Assembly (NCBI GenBank): GCA_905331295.1 | Contig: CAJNYD010000225.1 | Span: 62,001 to 126,000, forward strand | Reading direction: 5' to 3' | Source of the DNA: Rotaria socialis | Taxonomy: Eukaryota | DNA: 64,000 nt | Shown here: piece by piece, positions 40,601 to 54,721 of the stretch | How the letters are laid out: each line of letters starts with the position of its first letter | How positions within the stretch are numbered: position 1 is the stretch's first letter | Notes under the pieces: model-generated | Seen by the model: only the letters and a program-made list of their open reading frames with translations | The model's database searches: none | What the model was told of the DNA's origin: nothing | Position numbers and translations under genes: made by a program

Positions 40601-43142
40601 ATATTCTAAAATAAAATACAGTTACCTATCTAAACACAAAAATATTACTGTAGATTTCGCGGTGGTCTTGATATCAAATCTGATCAAACAGGAACAGTTT
40701 CGATTTATGAAAATTTTAATAATCATGAAATAATGTTTCATGTCAGTACATTATTACCTCATTCAAAAATAGAACGACAACAAGTAGAACGTAAACGTCA
40801 TATTGGTAATGATATTGTTGCGATAGTTTTTCAAGAAAATGAAACTAAATTTAATCCCGAATGTATTGCATCACAATTTCTACATGTTTATCTTGTTGTA
40901 ACGCCATTGAATGATGATGGTACACATTTTAAAGTGTCTGTAATTCATCGTGATAACGTACCTTCATTTGGACCAGTTATAAATCATTCAAATTCATTTA
41001 ATTGTGATCATACATTTAAACAGTGGTTATTAACAAAACTAATTAATGCTGAAATAGCTTCGTGTAAAACAAACACTTTTCAAAAATATCAAGTGAGAAA
41101 AGTTTCTTTTTGTTTTATGATTTCATATTATTTTTATTTTTACCATGAAACAGGAACGTACAAAAATGCAGTTATTTGAGAATTTGTATCGTACACTACA
41201 TGATAGTAATCGTTCATTGATGAGTTTTATATTTAATAGTAGCCTATATAAACATGAATGTGAGATTGAACAACAAAAAGAAGATGCTCAAATGTATTCT
41301 TCACCAAAAGCATATGATCGCCATACAGATAATTCAATACTTGGCTCAGTAAGACGTCGTCTTATTGCACCAAAATTTCGTGCACAACATTCAATTACGC
41401 CACCACCACCACCACCACCACCACCGTCAACAACAATTATTATTTCAACACCCACACCGAATGATTCAAAGACGAAAACATCCATAATGTCAATGGACTT
41501 GAAGCACAGTGTATCCAAAGAATCAATGACAAATAATAGTAATAATGGAAAAAAAGCTTCCATGTTCTTTCTATCAAAGGTAAAATTCTTCGTTATCATA
41601 TATATGTATGTAGATGAGAGCTGTATTTATTAACTTATTGTGTTTTACTTTGTTGAAATTATTCGTCAACTACTATGACTATCATAAGTTTGTTTTGTCT
41701 CTCATGAGAATTGAGAGACGATATAATCTTTCTGTGAATGTTGATATAAATAAGACCAATTCAAAAAAAAAACTATTAGATAAAATACACATGTTTCTTC
41801 ACCTAATGAAGTTGTTGTAGCGAAACTCAATTTTGTCTATATTCTATCCTAAGAGAATTGAGCTGTGTCGTCTAAAGATGAAACAGTCAAATTTCGCTAT
41901 TCTATCGAAAATAAAGTTACTCACGATTCTGTTGTTCTTTTATTGATGCGTATACTTCGGATCAGCTTTTGCTTTAATCACGAATGTAACCGGAAGAAAG
42001 TCTAGATTTAATGGGTAACTTTCTTTGTCGCCTGACAAAAATATTCTTGGAATGTCTTGACACTTATAATATGCTCTGTGTGAGTGTTCAGAAAACAAGA
42101 TAATTATTTTAACACAAGAGCTTATTCTTGTGCATAGTACCTACCGATGGTTCAAGCAAACTATCAAGTTACTCAGATGTTTGTCCAAAATTTGTAAATA
42201 CATTAGATATGAAAAAGATGATATTAATCGTTTGCGAGTAATGCATCTGGAATTTTTACGCGTTGGACTACACACAATAATAATTAATAATAAATTTTAA
42301 TCATATTGTTCGTCTTCTATTGATTTATCTAGTTTATCGAGTCACTTTTAGTTAGTTGATACTCGAACTTTCTCTAGTCAGTAATTTCTATTGCTTTTAA
42401 TCAGTCGATGCGACTTATACATATCGATCTATGATTTCACAAATTATCATCTCAATTTGATGTTTGCGATTAACTTCTAAGCATAACATAATCTACTCTT
42501 TATTCAAGTTCATATTGGCTGGAAGCATAAAATTATGTTTTAAGACATGTTCTGTTGTAAAATCTTCATTTCGATGATAATATATTCTTCTTTTTTATTA
42601 ATAGAACCATATTCCACCTATGGATAAATCAAATACGAATCGCTTATTACTAGATACTGAAAATGTTGAGCTATCATTAAGGTAATATTTTCAAATAATT
42701 ATATTTATCTTATTGTATTTCAATTCAATTATATCATTTTAGTCCTCGTTCAAATTCGAAATTTTTATCACCAGCAACAAGTCCATCAACACCGTCCAAT
42801 TATTTTGACTATAATGAAGAGTCATATTCATTTGCAACATCATTTTATTTTAATAAACTATCTATGAATCATATTGATTCAAACACTCGTCATGAATTAT
42901 CACCCGATCATCTACAATCTTCATCGAAAGATGGTACAATTAACAATCAAAACATTCTTTTTAAAATATTGCTGTTTGCTTTCTCTATTATAGATCTAAT
43001 TAAATTTGTTATTGCATTGCAGCAACATCATTCAACAAAATTAGCTCAAATGGATGAAATTCATTCAAAAGCTTTGAAAGAACTTGAGATCCAATTAACA
43101 CAACCGAGAAATATGATTAATGGAGATACGTCATCAAATTAA
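34631..43142 (+). CDS. Rap1 GTPase-activating protein (Rap1GAP/SIPA1-type Rap_GAP domain), multi-exon
   Basis: HKFGIIYQRENQLTEEEIFSN, FRGGLD, EIMFHVSTLLP and RKRHIGNDIVAIVFQE (Asn thumb), then SQFLHVYLVV and LTKLINAE. N-terminal exons at 34631-34839 and 37802-38159 are low-complexity and less certain. Confidence 0.85.
36298..36814. mobile_element. Non-autonomous hAT-like MITE in a Rap1GAP intron
   Basis: 15-bp TIRs tagaggtgtcagccg / cggctgacacctcta, flanked on both sides by tttgtgat (one-base offset on the right), with many internal GCCGCC(G) motifs. Contains an N at 36699, so its true length is uncertain. Confidence 0.85.
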
Positions 43143-46100
43143 TAAATGGTGCATTTTTAGCGTTCATTCCGTCTTTAGTTTTGTTTTTGTTCGCCAGAAA
43201 TTTTCATGCTAATTCATTCAATAACTTAACATTATTATGTATCATACCTTCAAAATTGAAATCTCTCTCTTGTTCCTTATACACATACGTACATACATAT
43301 AAATATTTATCTATCTATTGGTGTTTAAATGTATAGGCTTTGCATAGAATGGAACTGCTTGCTTTTCTCTTGTGCTTTTACTATTTGTTATAATATATAC
43401 ACAATCGATCTTTATATTCTCAGCATACATATTTGCCATGATTGAATAATTTTGTATAAGCTAAACAAAGCTCCGAGTCTTTCAGATCGAAGTACGATAA
43501 ATATTAAACAGGACATGAAAGTTTCAATGAATTTTTGTGCTTTTTTTTATATATCGTTGGCATATAGTAATCAATAAAAAAACGAACAGATAATCATACT
43601 TAAATTTTCCAACGAGTTAGTTTTTTAAGGCTTTATTTTTATAAAACTTGAATGAAGTTTGTCTAGAAAAAGAACATAAATGGAATCAGTGACAGCAATA
43701 AAAAAAAACTAACCATTTTCAAGTAATTTCGTCTATTGAATAGATTTTCAGCAAGAAGGAAAATGCAAAGGAAACGTAAGTTCACAACTGCAAAGATATC
43801 AGTCGGATTCCAAAAAGCCTCTGAAGAAATATTTTAGCCGATCTATTTAGCAGGTGAAAACTTATATTTTGACTAGTTTCAATATCTAACTTTCAACGAT
43901 AAAAGCTATCTTTCACATAATATTGAATTCATTCGAGTTGGTCCTACAGCTACTCATCTAATATGTAGCTGCTTTTATCTTTTAAAGAAGAAAAAAGATG
44001 ATAAGGAAGACAAATTGTTTTTTAGCTTTTTCATCTGTCTGTATTTCAAAAAAATGAATTCATTGTAAATCATTCGGCTTCGACTATCTAAAAACTTTTG
44101 ATAGCAAAATTCATCACCAATAGAACGTAAAATATCCCAATCAGCGGTTACTGGTTTGTTAAGTTCTTTAATGAACAGAGCTAACTGCGTCTATAACCTT
44201 TGCGATGAAAACAGAAACGATATAGCAGTCTAGTTAGTGAAGCACTCAATTGACGAACGCTGCATACTAATTAGTATCTGTAATAGGTTGGGAATGTAAA
44301 TATATTCATAAGTTTCTTAGAACAACGGATGTCAGTTTCACAAAAGTCTATTTGATCTCATCATAGAAAAGATTTTTATTGTATTTTATGTGTTGAAGAA
44401 GAAAACAAAACCTTCCGGAATAGCAGACTTTGCCATAATGAAGGATCTGTCCGCGACTAGAGATCTCTTTGGACAAGTGATTTACTAGACCTTATACAAG
44501 ACTTCCATGAGCTAACTTGTTTTTTTGACTAATTAAAATTCTAATTAGTATGTATGCATCAAAATATATTTTATTTTCTGGATTTTCAGGTGAATATTTT
44601 AAAATAATGAGGTAAAGAATATTGGTGTATTACTTAAATCGTGTTTGAAGTGTACTGAAAAAAAGAAACAATTCAATCATAAGCAAGAAGTAGATGTCTT
44701 TGGATTAGTTTTGAATGATATGTGACTTTCGTTTTTTCTTTAAAATTATGCTTCGGAGTTTCTCGATCAGAACTCTTTGTGCATAGTCTATTTGAGTATG
44801 AATAATTTTCTTTTGTTTCGAATATCCTTACAGATGATTTTTCGCTTCTATTAGCTTATTTCCCTCTTTGGAACAGAAAATAGTAGTTCTAATCTTATAA
44901 GAAAGATGATACATACAACTACGTTGAAGTTCATACACTTAGGCATATGATAGGTATAACTAAAGCAAGTACTTAGTATTGTTATACTAATTATCAAAGC
45001 ATCGGACAAAATCTAGAGAAAATCCTTGAATTCTTGTATTCAACTATTCATTTTGTGTGATAAGCGTGCGAAAACTAGAATTTCTTCTTGAAAGAAAACA
45101 AGAAATATATTCTATCTTCAACATGTGGTAAGCATTGATTTTTACTCTATTCTGGATAAAAAAAAATAGAGGTTACAAGTGTTTGTCTAGACGAGAAAAT
45201 TGATTCCTTATTTTCTTTATACAAAGCAACTGAGGAGAAAACAAGTAGTTAGGTAACTAAATATATCTTATTCTAATTATATGACATTTTTTATGCCAGA
45301 AACAGATAACCACCGAGGCCTCTATGGATAATTTCTTTCTGTAAAAAACTGACGTACTTTTCTTAAATTAATTGTTTATTAAAGAATTTCTGTTCCAATG
45401 AAACGATATAAGAATCATTAGAAACACATTAACGACAAAATCACTAATATATTTTCACGTGTTTCATTCATGTATTAAATATTGTAAGCAAACGATCTAA
45501 GAGAATGATCAAAACTCTTTCTGAATTAGTAGTATTGTCGTAACAAGATAGAATACCAAATAAAAACTTGAATTACTATTGTGAGCATGTTATGGGAAAA
45601 GATTGTGAACTAGAATTAATTTATCAATATCATAATCATATTTTTATCTATTAGAATATTTATCTACATATGATTGGTCCAAGATACAATCACGCCTTAT
45701 ACGCCATAATAGTTAAGATCATCATCATTAGAGTACGTTTTTCTTTCGTATGTGTAATCACCATTTTCTCATATTTACCAAATACATTCTAAGTAATACC
45801 AAGTCAACAATCAAACATCTCGTTTATTCTCATTGTATCGACGATTCGTCTGAGACAAACTTTAATTAGATGAGTAGAAACGAAGCGACGTAATATTATT
45901 GTTTAACCAGCATTTATCCAAAAACAAGTATTTGTTCTACGTATGTACGTATGTCAAGTTCGTTCGTCAAACTATTGTATAATTCTAGTTGATGATATGA
46001 TTACAAAATATTAGCTCGAATAGGCAAATACTTTATTCTAGTGATTATCATATTCATGTCTTGGTGATTTACACAATATCTGCATATTGTCTAATTTGAT

Positions 46101-47672
46101 ATCAGTTTAGAATTTAAAGTTTTGGGAACTGTTTCTAGTTGTGCTATGTGTAACTTTTAAAGTTTTTGAGATTATTTTTCCTATGTAATTCAAATAGGAT
46201 ACATAATGTGATCCGTGAGGATTGATTGTTCACTTTCAGATGTCTTCGGAACATGTTTGACCTGTGAACAAAATATAGATTTCATAATATAAACCCATTT
46301 CTGGATATGTTAACAAAGTGTATGAACATTTTTCAAGCGAATTTATCTACGATGACTTTTCATGATGATTATTTCAGATAGTTTAATGATAGTTATTGAA
46401 TATTGTTCGGTTCATATTTCATTTATTCTGGCCAAGAAAACTGAGAACAATTAGATGAACTGTATATGATATTTTAATGCAAACAACGTATCTAAATAAA
46501 ATTTGAGTAGCAATTAATTATCACATACGAGTAGAACTCGACTTCTGATGGCCTAAATTTTCTCGTCATAGATTTATTTATATTGTATTATAAAAATCTT
46601 GAGAGTAGAAAGAGCTCACAATTTTGAATAAAAGGAAAATTTTTCACTAAATATGAGAATATAGTAATCAAATCACTATATGAACAGTAACATTTTATGT
46701 TGATTTTTTGAACAAATCATACTTTTTTCGGATGTTATCGCAATCGATTCATGTTCATTGAAATTATGGACCCCATCGCACTCTTTATGTTAGATAGAAG
46801 TTGTACATGTTCACTAATCATATTTATTCCTTATGAAAATTCTTTGATTGAATCTATGATACGCTTATTAGAGTTGGCAGATCTAGTAGTTCTCTATCAA
46901 AACAATTTATCTAACAGTTGTCGATGCGTGACCAAATTCTGTACTTTAAAAACTGGGATTTTCTAGAACATACTTTTGTACAAATAAACTGCACGATACG
47001 ATAATTGATAAATATCAAAATTGTCGTTCTCCAATATGTTGACAATCAGTTCAACTTTTAGAGATTGCATCATTACTACCGTGTTCGAGTTCATGTTCAG
47101 TTTTACTTCTATCAATGAAGACATTCGTTCTTTTTCTTTTCTTCTCCTAAAAAACTTGCCTCGTTATCAACACTAAATATTTCTAATTTGTCAAGTTTCA
47201 ATGTATATATATATAAATTCTAGAATTTTTGAGATTTAGTTAATAATACATTAAACGAACTGAAAAAATAGTCTATTTTTCATACGGTTTCGATTCAACT
47301 TCGATGTACTCACAATCAAAATATGTAGATAAAAAACACCTGAAAGTTCATTTTCGTATCACTTTTATGGCAAATGTTTATCCCACATCAATGTTTCCGA
47401 ATTGTCAATGAACACTCACAGATTTTCTTCTTGTTTTTTTTCTCTTTTATTCTCTTCTTTTTTTAACAAGAGGACAATCAACAACAGTGATAGACGAGAA
47501 AAAATGTTTTTGAAACACAACAAATAAAGACATGGAAGAAAAAGAAACAAAGAAAGCTAATAATGAACAATAATAAAAAGCCGAGCAATCGACAATGAAA
47601 AGAAAAGAAAGAGAGAAAAGAAAATGTCTCAATACGATATTGTCATCTGTATTTTATTTTGTATCGTATATT

Positions 47673-48053
47673 CTATTCATTGTATTTTTCCTTATGATTA
47701 AGTAAATATTCCGCTAGAAAACTAATCGGTTTAGCGGGTCGTTCTTTAGCAAGTTGAGACATTGCCTGAAGAAGAATCGGTACAACAGTTTGATCAAGAT
47801 AAGCCCGAGTTGGTAATGTTGATAAATCAGGTTTAGTTTTTTCACCTGATTGTTGTTGCGAATTTGCATTATTTTCCTTGGTCGTATCAGCTGACGTTGT
47901 TGTTTTATCATTTGATGTTTGTTGTTCACCTGAATCAGCAGCTGTTTGAGCTTCCATTTGTTCTGATGATGTTGTACTTACAACATTTTTCTCACCTGAT
48001 TCACTAGCTGCATTAGCTGATGCTGCTTGATTTTCACCTGATACTTCCGACAT
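47673..48053 (-). CDS. DPY30: DPY-30 homolog, copy A (COMPASS/SET1 subunit), intronless
   Basis: Acidic low-complexity N-terminus plus Dpy-30 motif [31 protein letters not shown]. Confidence 0.9.
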   Translation of the reverse strand: MSEVSGENQAASANAASESGEKNVVSTTSSEQMEAQTAADSGEQQTSNDKTTTSADTTKENNANSQQQSGEKTKPDLSTLPTRAYLDQTVVPILLQAMSQLAKERPAKPISFLAEYLLNHKEKYNE

Positions 48054-48273
48054 AGTAATGTAACTAAATAGTCTTTAGAATTTAATCTAAAACAGAAAAA
48101 AATGGCAAAAAATGTTTATCCTACTATGTACGCTTTTCTTCGAATACAAAAGAAAAACGTGTAGCCATGAACACTACTAAATGCAACAGAAAAATGGCCA
48201 TGTATGTTTTATCTAATTGCTTTAAACTTTGACAATATGAACAATACAGAAAGTGATATGGAATAATTCTAAA

Positions 48274-48636
48274 TTATTCGCCATATTTTTCTTTATTCTG
48301 TTGTAAATATAAAGCCAATTGTTCAATAGGTTTAGCTGGACGATCGCGTGCAAGCTGCGACATAGCTTGAAGAAGTATAGGTACAACAGTTTGATCAAGA
48401 TATGCACGTGTTGGTAATGTTGATAAATCAGGCTTTTGTTTATTATGCACTGAGTCGTCTTTTTCGTTATCACCATTTGTTGTTGCATCATTATTGACTT
48501 TTCCTGAATCTATTGTTTGTTGATCCATTGGTTCATTTGGGGATGTCTTTTCCGTATCAGTACCATTAGTTGATGATGGTTCATTGTCGTTGTTTTTTGT
48601 TGCATTTTGTTCAGTTTCGATGGCGGTCTCCGACAT
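48274..48636 (-). CDS. DPY30: DPY-30 homolog, copy B, intronless
   Basis: ATG at 48636 (MSETAIE). Dpy-30 motif [31 protein letters not shown]. Confidence 0.9.
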   Translation of the reverse strand: MSETAIETEQNATKNNDNEPSSTNGTDTEKTSPNEPMDQQTIDSGKVNNDATTNGDNEKDDSVHNKQKPDLSTLPTRAYLDQTVVPILLQAMSQLARDRPAKPIEQLALYLQQNKEKYGE

Positions 48637-49042
48637 ATTCAATTAATAGATAAACAAAAAAAACCTTAATGGATTATCTTTTATCTGAACGATAGGTGTA
48701 AGATGATAAATGAATGAACAAAGCGAATGTCCGTTAGTTTCCCTTTCTTCTAATCGCCATTGTTGACCGACCATCAAATGACTTGTTGGTGGTGATGCTT
48801 TAAAAGGTTTTGAACTTATTTATAAAACTATGATATCTATAATGCTTTTTTGATATTAACCAATATTCATTATTCTACGCAACTGTTTATCTATGAAAGA
48901 ATTTCGGATAAAACCAGATGTCACTATATATCAATCACATGGTTTTATTCTATATGTTAGTATATTTTCATATGAATATGGGCCCATGAAAACATTACTC
49001 TCTGATTAGACAGACGTTTTTGTAGTGCAAATTTTCAAATAG

Positions 49043-49043
<1 letters not shown>

Positions 49044-49071
<28 letters not shown>
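49044..49071. repeat. (TC)n microsatellite
   Basis: Direct reading of the sequence. Confidence 0.9.
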
Positions 49072-49075
<4 letters not shown>

Positions 49076-51332
49076 TATTCATCTACTTTCAAGTGTTATG
49101 TTGATACTTAAATGGTTGATCTAGAGTATAACGTTATAGATCCCTAAGAAAAATATAAAGCATGGCTACAATAGGAACTAATTATTATTATTGTTTTGTA
49201 TTAAGATTTGAACTGTAATTAATTTGTTATTATTTTACTTTCTAATATAAAATAATTAAATTTGTGACATAGGCTTTAACAAGAATCATCTAAGTATGCA
49301 TACCATCCAGATTTTTCGATGAAACAGTTTATATTTTGTAACAAAACAATGATTGATTGCTTTAGGTTTGATTTTGTGATTTTCTAACTCGATTCCTGAT
49401 GTCAGGAAATTGAAGTCTCACACAATCAGTGCTATTAAATATAACAATATTATTCTAGCCAACAAATCATAAATAATTGTATGACAACGCTCTTTTTCAA
49501 TAGCGTAAACATTTTTCTAATCCGTAAATATTCTCAAGTTAAGACTGATTGTTTATGTATAAAGAATAAATATTTCTTTACCATTTTTATTGTTCATACT
49601 ACTTCCTGTAATTTGAATAAATGAAAGTATAGAGCAAACTAAAAATTTATGAATTATTTCATATCGAAAAAACTTTTGATATTTCCAGAAGCAATATTTT
49701 GATAGATAAACATCTAAAACATTGTTGTTAATGATCTATATCCCATTTTTTTATTTATTGCCGTGCTACATAAACATAGTGACTATCAATAATAAATGTA
49801 ATTATTTGACATTGCAATTAAACTTTTGAGTATCATTGATCAACTTTAAGAATTACTGAATTTTAAAATTGTTACATTATTAATCTGACAAAATTCTTGT
49901 CACTCAGCAAATTTGAATATTATTTCTCAGGTATACTTAAGAAATAAGAGTTGCATTTCTCGTCCGTAAACTACTGGCAACTTTTGATTCACAAAATGTA
50001 AAAGGTTTTTCTATCTATTAAAATATTTAACTATCTATTGTTTAACTCTTCCCTATGTTCAATAGGAATTCGAAATAATGCCTCAATATTTATTAAAATA
50101 CCTCTATTTTTTAAAATACAAAATTTATAATTTCGTCTAGCTATATGATTTTTATCTTAAAACTGTACTAGACATTTTGACATTGCATTCAATTATTTAT
50201 CTGACAAAATGAGAGTTCAGTGTCGAATGGTATGAGAAATAGATTGAAAATGAGCATCCACTTTGAACAGCATATAGGACAAGACACGGATAAAAAATCA
50301 CGTATCGCCTACTATGCCGAATCTTTCTAAGATAAATATTTCTTTGAATCATACAATAAATACATTCCTGATAATTTAAGACGAGCACACTCATAAATCA
50401 AATATTGTTCCATAGACTATTCAATTACCACTATATTCTCAAGTAATGTCATTTATCTCGTGTTTTTTTCCCATTATTATATACTAAATATTTGTAAGGA
50501 GAAAAGATTGATATCATATCATGATCTGCAGACCAAACTATATTTCTATATCCATATATGCTTTGCTATTCAACAGTAATTCCATAATAAATAAATTTGA
50601 AAACAAGAACTATACTCAATGAATTATTCTACTTCTTCTCGAATAGTTCAATCGACTGCGAATATAATACCCAATTATAAATGATAAAAGAAAGTATTTT
50701 TGAGATAATACGTTCAGTAATTTATGAATAGTTTGATAAAGAGAACTATTGATATGTATAATAGATAAGAAAAAAACATTAACTGCAATCAACAAAATCA
50801 AACTTACTTATAACAAAGAATACATTTAATTGATTGAAAGTTTCCATACGAATGCTTTCTTTGGGAGAAAACATAATTATAAGAATTAATATAGGTACAC
50901 ATTAGCTTTTTCTTTTTTGAAAAACGCAGTCATAAAGCTGATTTTTTTTTTAATTTCTGAATTTTTTAACGTATGAGCAATAGCAACAACATAAAGTAAG
51001 GCACAATTACATGCACGCACAAGAAAAAATATATGTAGATGAAAGACAACACGAATAAGACAGCAATTTTCTGTTCACAATATAGGAAAATCAAAAAGAA
51101 GTAGTTTGGTTCATTTTAAAGATGCAAAATGGACATGAGCAAAGAACAACGATAGCAACAATTATAAGAAAAGGAAAAAAATGCATTGTATGGAACAAAC
51201 AGAAAACGAAAACATCGATTGTGTTCAATAGATTCGATAAATCATACTGCTCGTTAATTTCATTTACGCAAATTCAATCTAAGAATAAAATAAAAACGAA
51301 AGAACATCTAGTTTATTATATTTCGAATGATC

Positions 51333-54300
51333 TTACTTGTTTCCATCATTACCACTTGATTGGTTTGATACTGTATTCACTACAGCTACTGCAGCAGCAA
51401 CATTTACTGTAGTTGCTACTGCAGTGCCGCCAGTTTGATTTTTATTTGCAGCATTATTAGAAAGAGCTGTTGTATTTTCACCTCTATGAGTTGAATCATC
51501 AGAATCATATTCATCTTCGCTGCTACTCGATGATGTTCGGAAATAGTTGTCTTTAACAAAATGAAATATACCCCTGAAGATTAAAGCACAATAGAATTTA
51601 ACTAACACTATATTTTCCACTTACGTTTTCTTTGGCACAGGATTCGGCGCAGTTTGTAAAAGATTACGATACTGTTCAGATTGAATAAAACGTGGATAAC
51701 TATTTTTTTTCATCAATTCAATGATATGTTTTTCAGCTTCAAAAAATAGTTCACTAGAAAAATGAGAATAGTAAGTTTGAATACATAAATTTAGTTTCTT
51801 GTTTTCTTGTACAAATCCTATTATGCTTTTCAAGGAAAAATATAGTTAATGAAAATTATAAATCTAGATGTTCTAGAATATAATTTTCATAGCAACGAGC
51901 ACACTTTTTTAACCATGCAAGAAAGACTGATGAACTCCTTCTGTGATACTAGTGTTCATTGATATCGATTGAAAACAATAAGTGTCAGACGTATTTTCAA
52001 GAATTTTTTAGAAATAGAGAAAAATGTTCTTAGACTATTCTGGAACATCCGAAAAACTTGTCTTTTAAATTTAATAGACAAAAACATATCTATGAGTGAT
52101 CTAAATATTGCATCTTATTAAATTTAGACAAATACAAATCTATCATCAAGATATTCGAGGATGACAATTAGCATTGTATTGGCGTGCTTTAGTTCTAATA
52201 TGATTAACATAAAAAACGTTAACTGATCAGATAATAACTTTGAAAAAAAGCTATATTGGTGTTTATGAGCTTATGCGCGTGTATGATAATATGTTTTGAC
52301 TTGTCTTACATATGATAAAAATGTATCAGAAACATTTTTGTTTTCTAGCGAAATCAATGGTTAGCAAAATAAACACATATATTACAAAAGTTGAAGTATA
52401 CAAAATGAGAGCTAAGAAATAAGTAATAACAAGAGAAACAAAACTCAAGGATCAATAGTAAAAAGAAAGAATATATGTTTAAATCGAAGAAACAATTACT
52501 ATAGACCATTTCTTTTCTAATCGACTTTATACAGAAAACTATACTGTACTAAAGATTGTTTTCTATGCGTATATATATATATGTTGTGGTCAAAATTCAA
52601 ATCCAGTCAAATTTTAAATTTGCCCAGACAGAATTCAAATTAGAATTGTGTCCAACAAAATCCCAGTCAAAATTCTAATTTCGATNAATTGGAATTTTGC
52701 CCGGGCAAATTTAAAATTTGACTGGATTTGAATTTTGACCACAACATATATATATGTTCTATTGATTATAGTATGATGATTCTTAAAAATACATAAGAGT
52801 TCCACAATGAAATCCTATCATAAGGAACTGTGTTGACAAGCATTTTTAATCAGAATATATTTAAGCTACCGGCTAGGATTTTCTAATTGTTTGATTATTT
52901 TCGTTCGTGTGGTATCATTAATATTAACTTCCTGTGGTGCGTTTGGTGCTAAATGTTCACTACAACAAACAACAAGAAAAATAATTTTGTTGTACGGAAT
53001 TTTTATATATAGCTAACCGATAGACAGCTTCAGCTTTATGTTTCATTTGTGATAATGGACAGTTTCGTATTTCCTGAACATGTAAATAAAAATTGAGACT
53101 TTCAGTTGAAAACTCAGCTTTGCAAAATTTCATAAATTCTCGAACACCAGTTGGATCGGAAAGAAGTTCTTTGCAATTGAATGCCCAACGACGAACACGA
53201 AGTTGTGTAGGACTTTCAACTCTAAACACATTGAATTATTAGTTTTATTCTATTAATTCAACACGCATCGGAAACATACAAAGGTTGCATTAAATTCCAT
53301 CGGTCGGTATCTGATGTTAACCAAGGATTGGACGGAGGACAATGTCCCAGAAATGGATCATAATCACTGAATACTTCAAAGAATACACACAAACTAAAAT
53401 AAAAATAAAAATAAAAATAAAAATACAACATGAATTCATTTTAATTCTCTCAACTACAATGAAATATTGTTTTATGGCAACATGAAGCAATAGAGTATAG
53501 ACATTTAAAAAAAATAGACGAAACAAGATAACATCAACTGTTTGGCAGGGTTATAAACATAGAGGACGTAAAACCTTTGATGTGTTTGTGATGACTTTGT
53601 GCGTACTCGATTCGATAACGCCTGTTGCAGATATTCAAGCTGAAAAATATCGAGTTCAATCATTTTTCGAGTCTCTTCCGTATTCAATCTAAAATTATCT
53701 TTAAAATGGCGATATACTCACACGACGTTTTAGGGCTTCATCACGTCGCATGGATCGAAATGTATATAAATCATTACGAATATCCATTTCCAAAACCGAC
53801 GTTTCATCCGGCTATAAATATATATATATATATATTAATTAAATATAAACAGAATATATAACAGAGAAAAACTTACTGAAGGTCGCATAACACGCCAAAA
53901 GGCTCGTTCTTGACTATCTATTATAGTTTTGTCCGTCTTTTTACGATCTTTCAGCACCCTAAATAAAAATAAATACGTTTTTCTTTTATTTTTAATTTCA
54001 AAGTTTAATAGTATTAGGAATCTTACCGAAATTGAGCTTCGGCTTGCATGGTTACAAAATCCCATTGATGTAGCAATTTCTTTTTTAAATCTTCTAATGC
54101 ACGCTAAGAAAATAAAAGTCATAAAAAGACAAAATAACAGCTAATTCAATATTGAATCAACAAACAATTTCATGTTCTTCGAGACCGTGTCGTTGACGAT
54201 TTCGTAACGTTCGTTTCATTAAATAAATAGCTAAAATGATAAAAAAAAATTTGTCTTTGCCGAAAGTACAACCGTTTTTAACTCACCATATTCTGTATTT

Positions 54301-54721
54301 CCCGTAGTCCAATTTGTTGAAACCCAAAAATAAGGTGCTTGAAAACGAAATAATTCGTTATCTTCTTTGATTTGTACAGCTCCATTGGTTGTTACATGAA
54401 AAAAATAACCAAAATAGCACAACAACGAAGCAAAATGAAGCGCTTCAGCTAAAAGATCAATGAATAAGATAGTTTTTGTCTTTTTTTTAAACAGCCAAAT
54501 CATTTTGACGTACCGGAATCTTTGACATTTAATTTTTGCATAATCCATTCTGTTATATCATTACCCGTAAATGCATTTGGAACTGTAGTAAGAAATAATT
54601 TTTGACTACGAACAGGCACACCTGCTGTTGGATGTTGCATGGCTTTGACAACACGCTCCATCCTTTGGAATTGAAGTGAACGTGGCAAACCTTTTCTTTG
54701 AGAGTTGCTTGTTCCTTCCAT
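51333..54721 (-). CDS. R7-family regulator of G-protein signalling (RGS6/7/9/11, EGL-10/EAT-16-like; DEP-DHEX-GGL-RGS), multi-exon
   Basis: DEP domain GVPVRSQKLFLTTVPNAFTGNDITEW and FRFQAPYFW, DHEX DSQERAFWRVMRP, GGL YDPFLGHCPPSNPW, and RGS box RVRRWAF...LLSDPTG...EFSTESLNF...EVNI...LMKKNSYPRF. The 3' end is uncertain because the stop overlaps a possible donor. Confidence 0.92.
52582..52746. mobile_element. MITE-like element with 44-bp perfect TIRs inserted in a (TA)n tract in an RGS intron; middle collapsed at an N
   Basis: tgttgtggtcaaaattcaaatccagtcaaattttaaatttgccc (52582-52625) and its reverse complement (52703-52746). TA repeats on both flanks and an N at 52686. Confidence 0.8.

Noticed and set aside
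43600..47100. Gene-free 3.5-kb stretch with patches of coding-like composition
   Set aside because: Frequent stops in the frames examined and no identifiable homology; possibly decayed sequence but unsupported.
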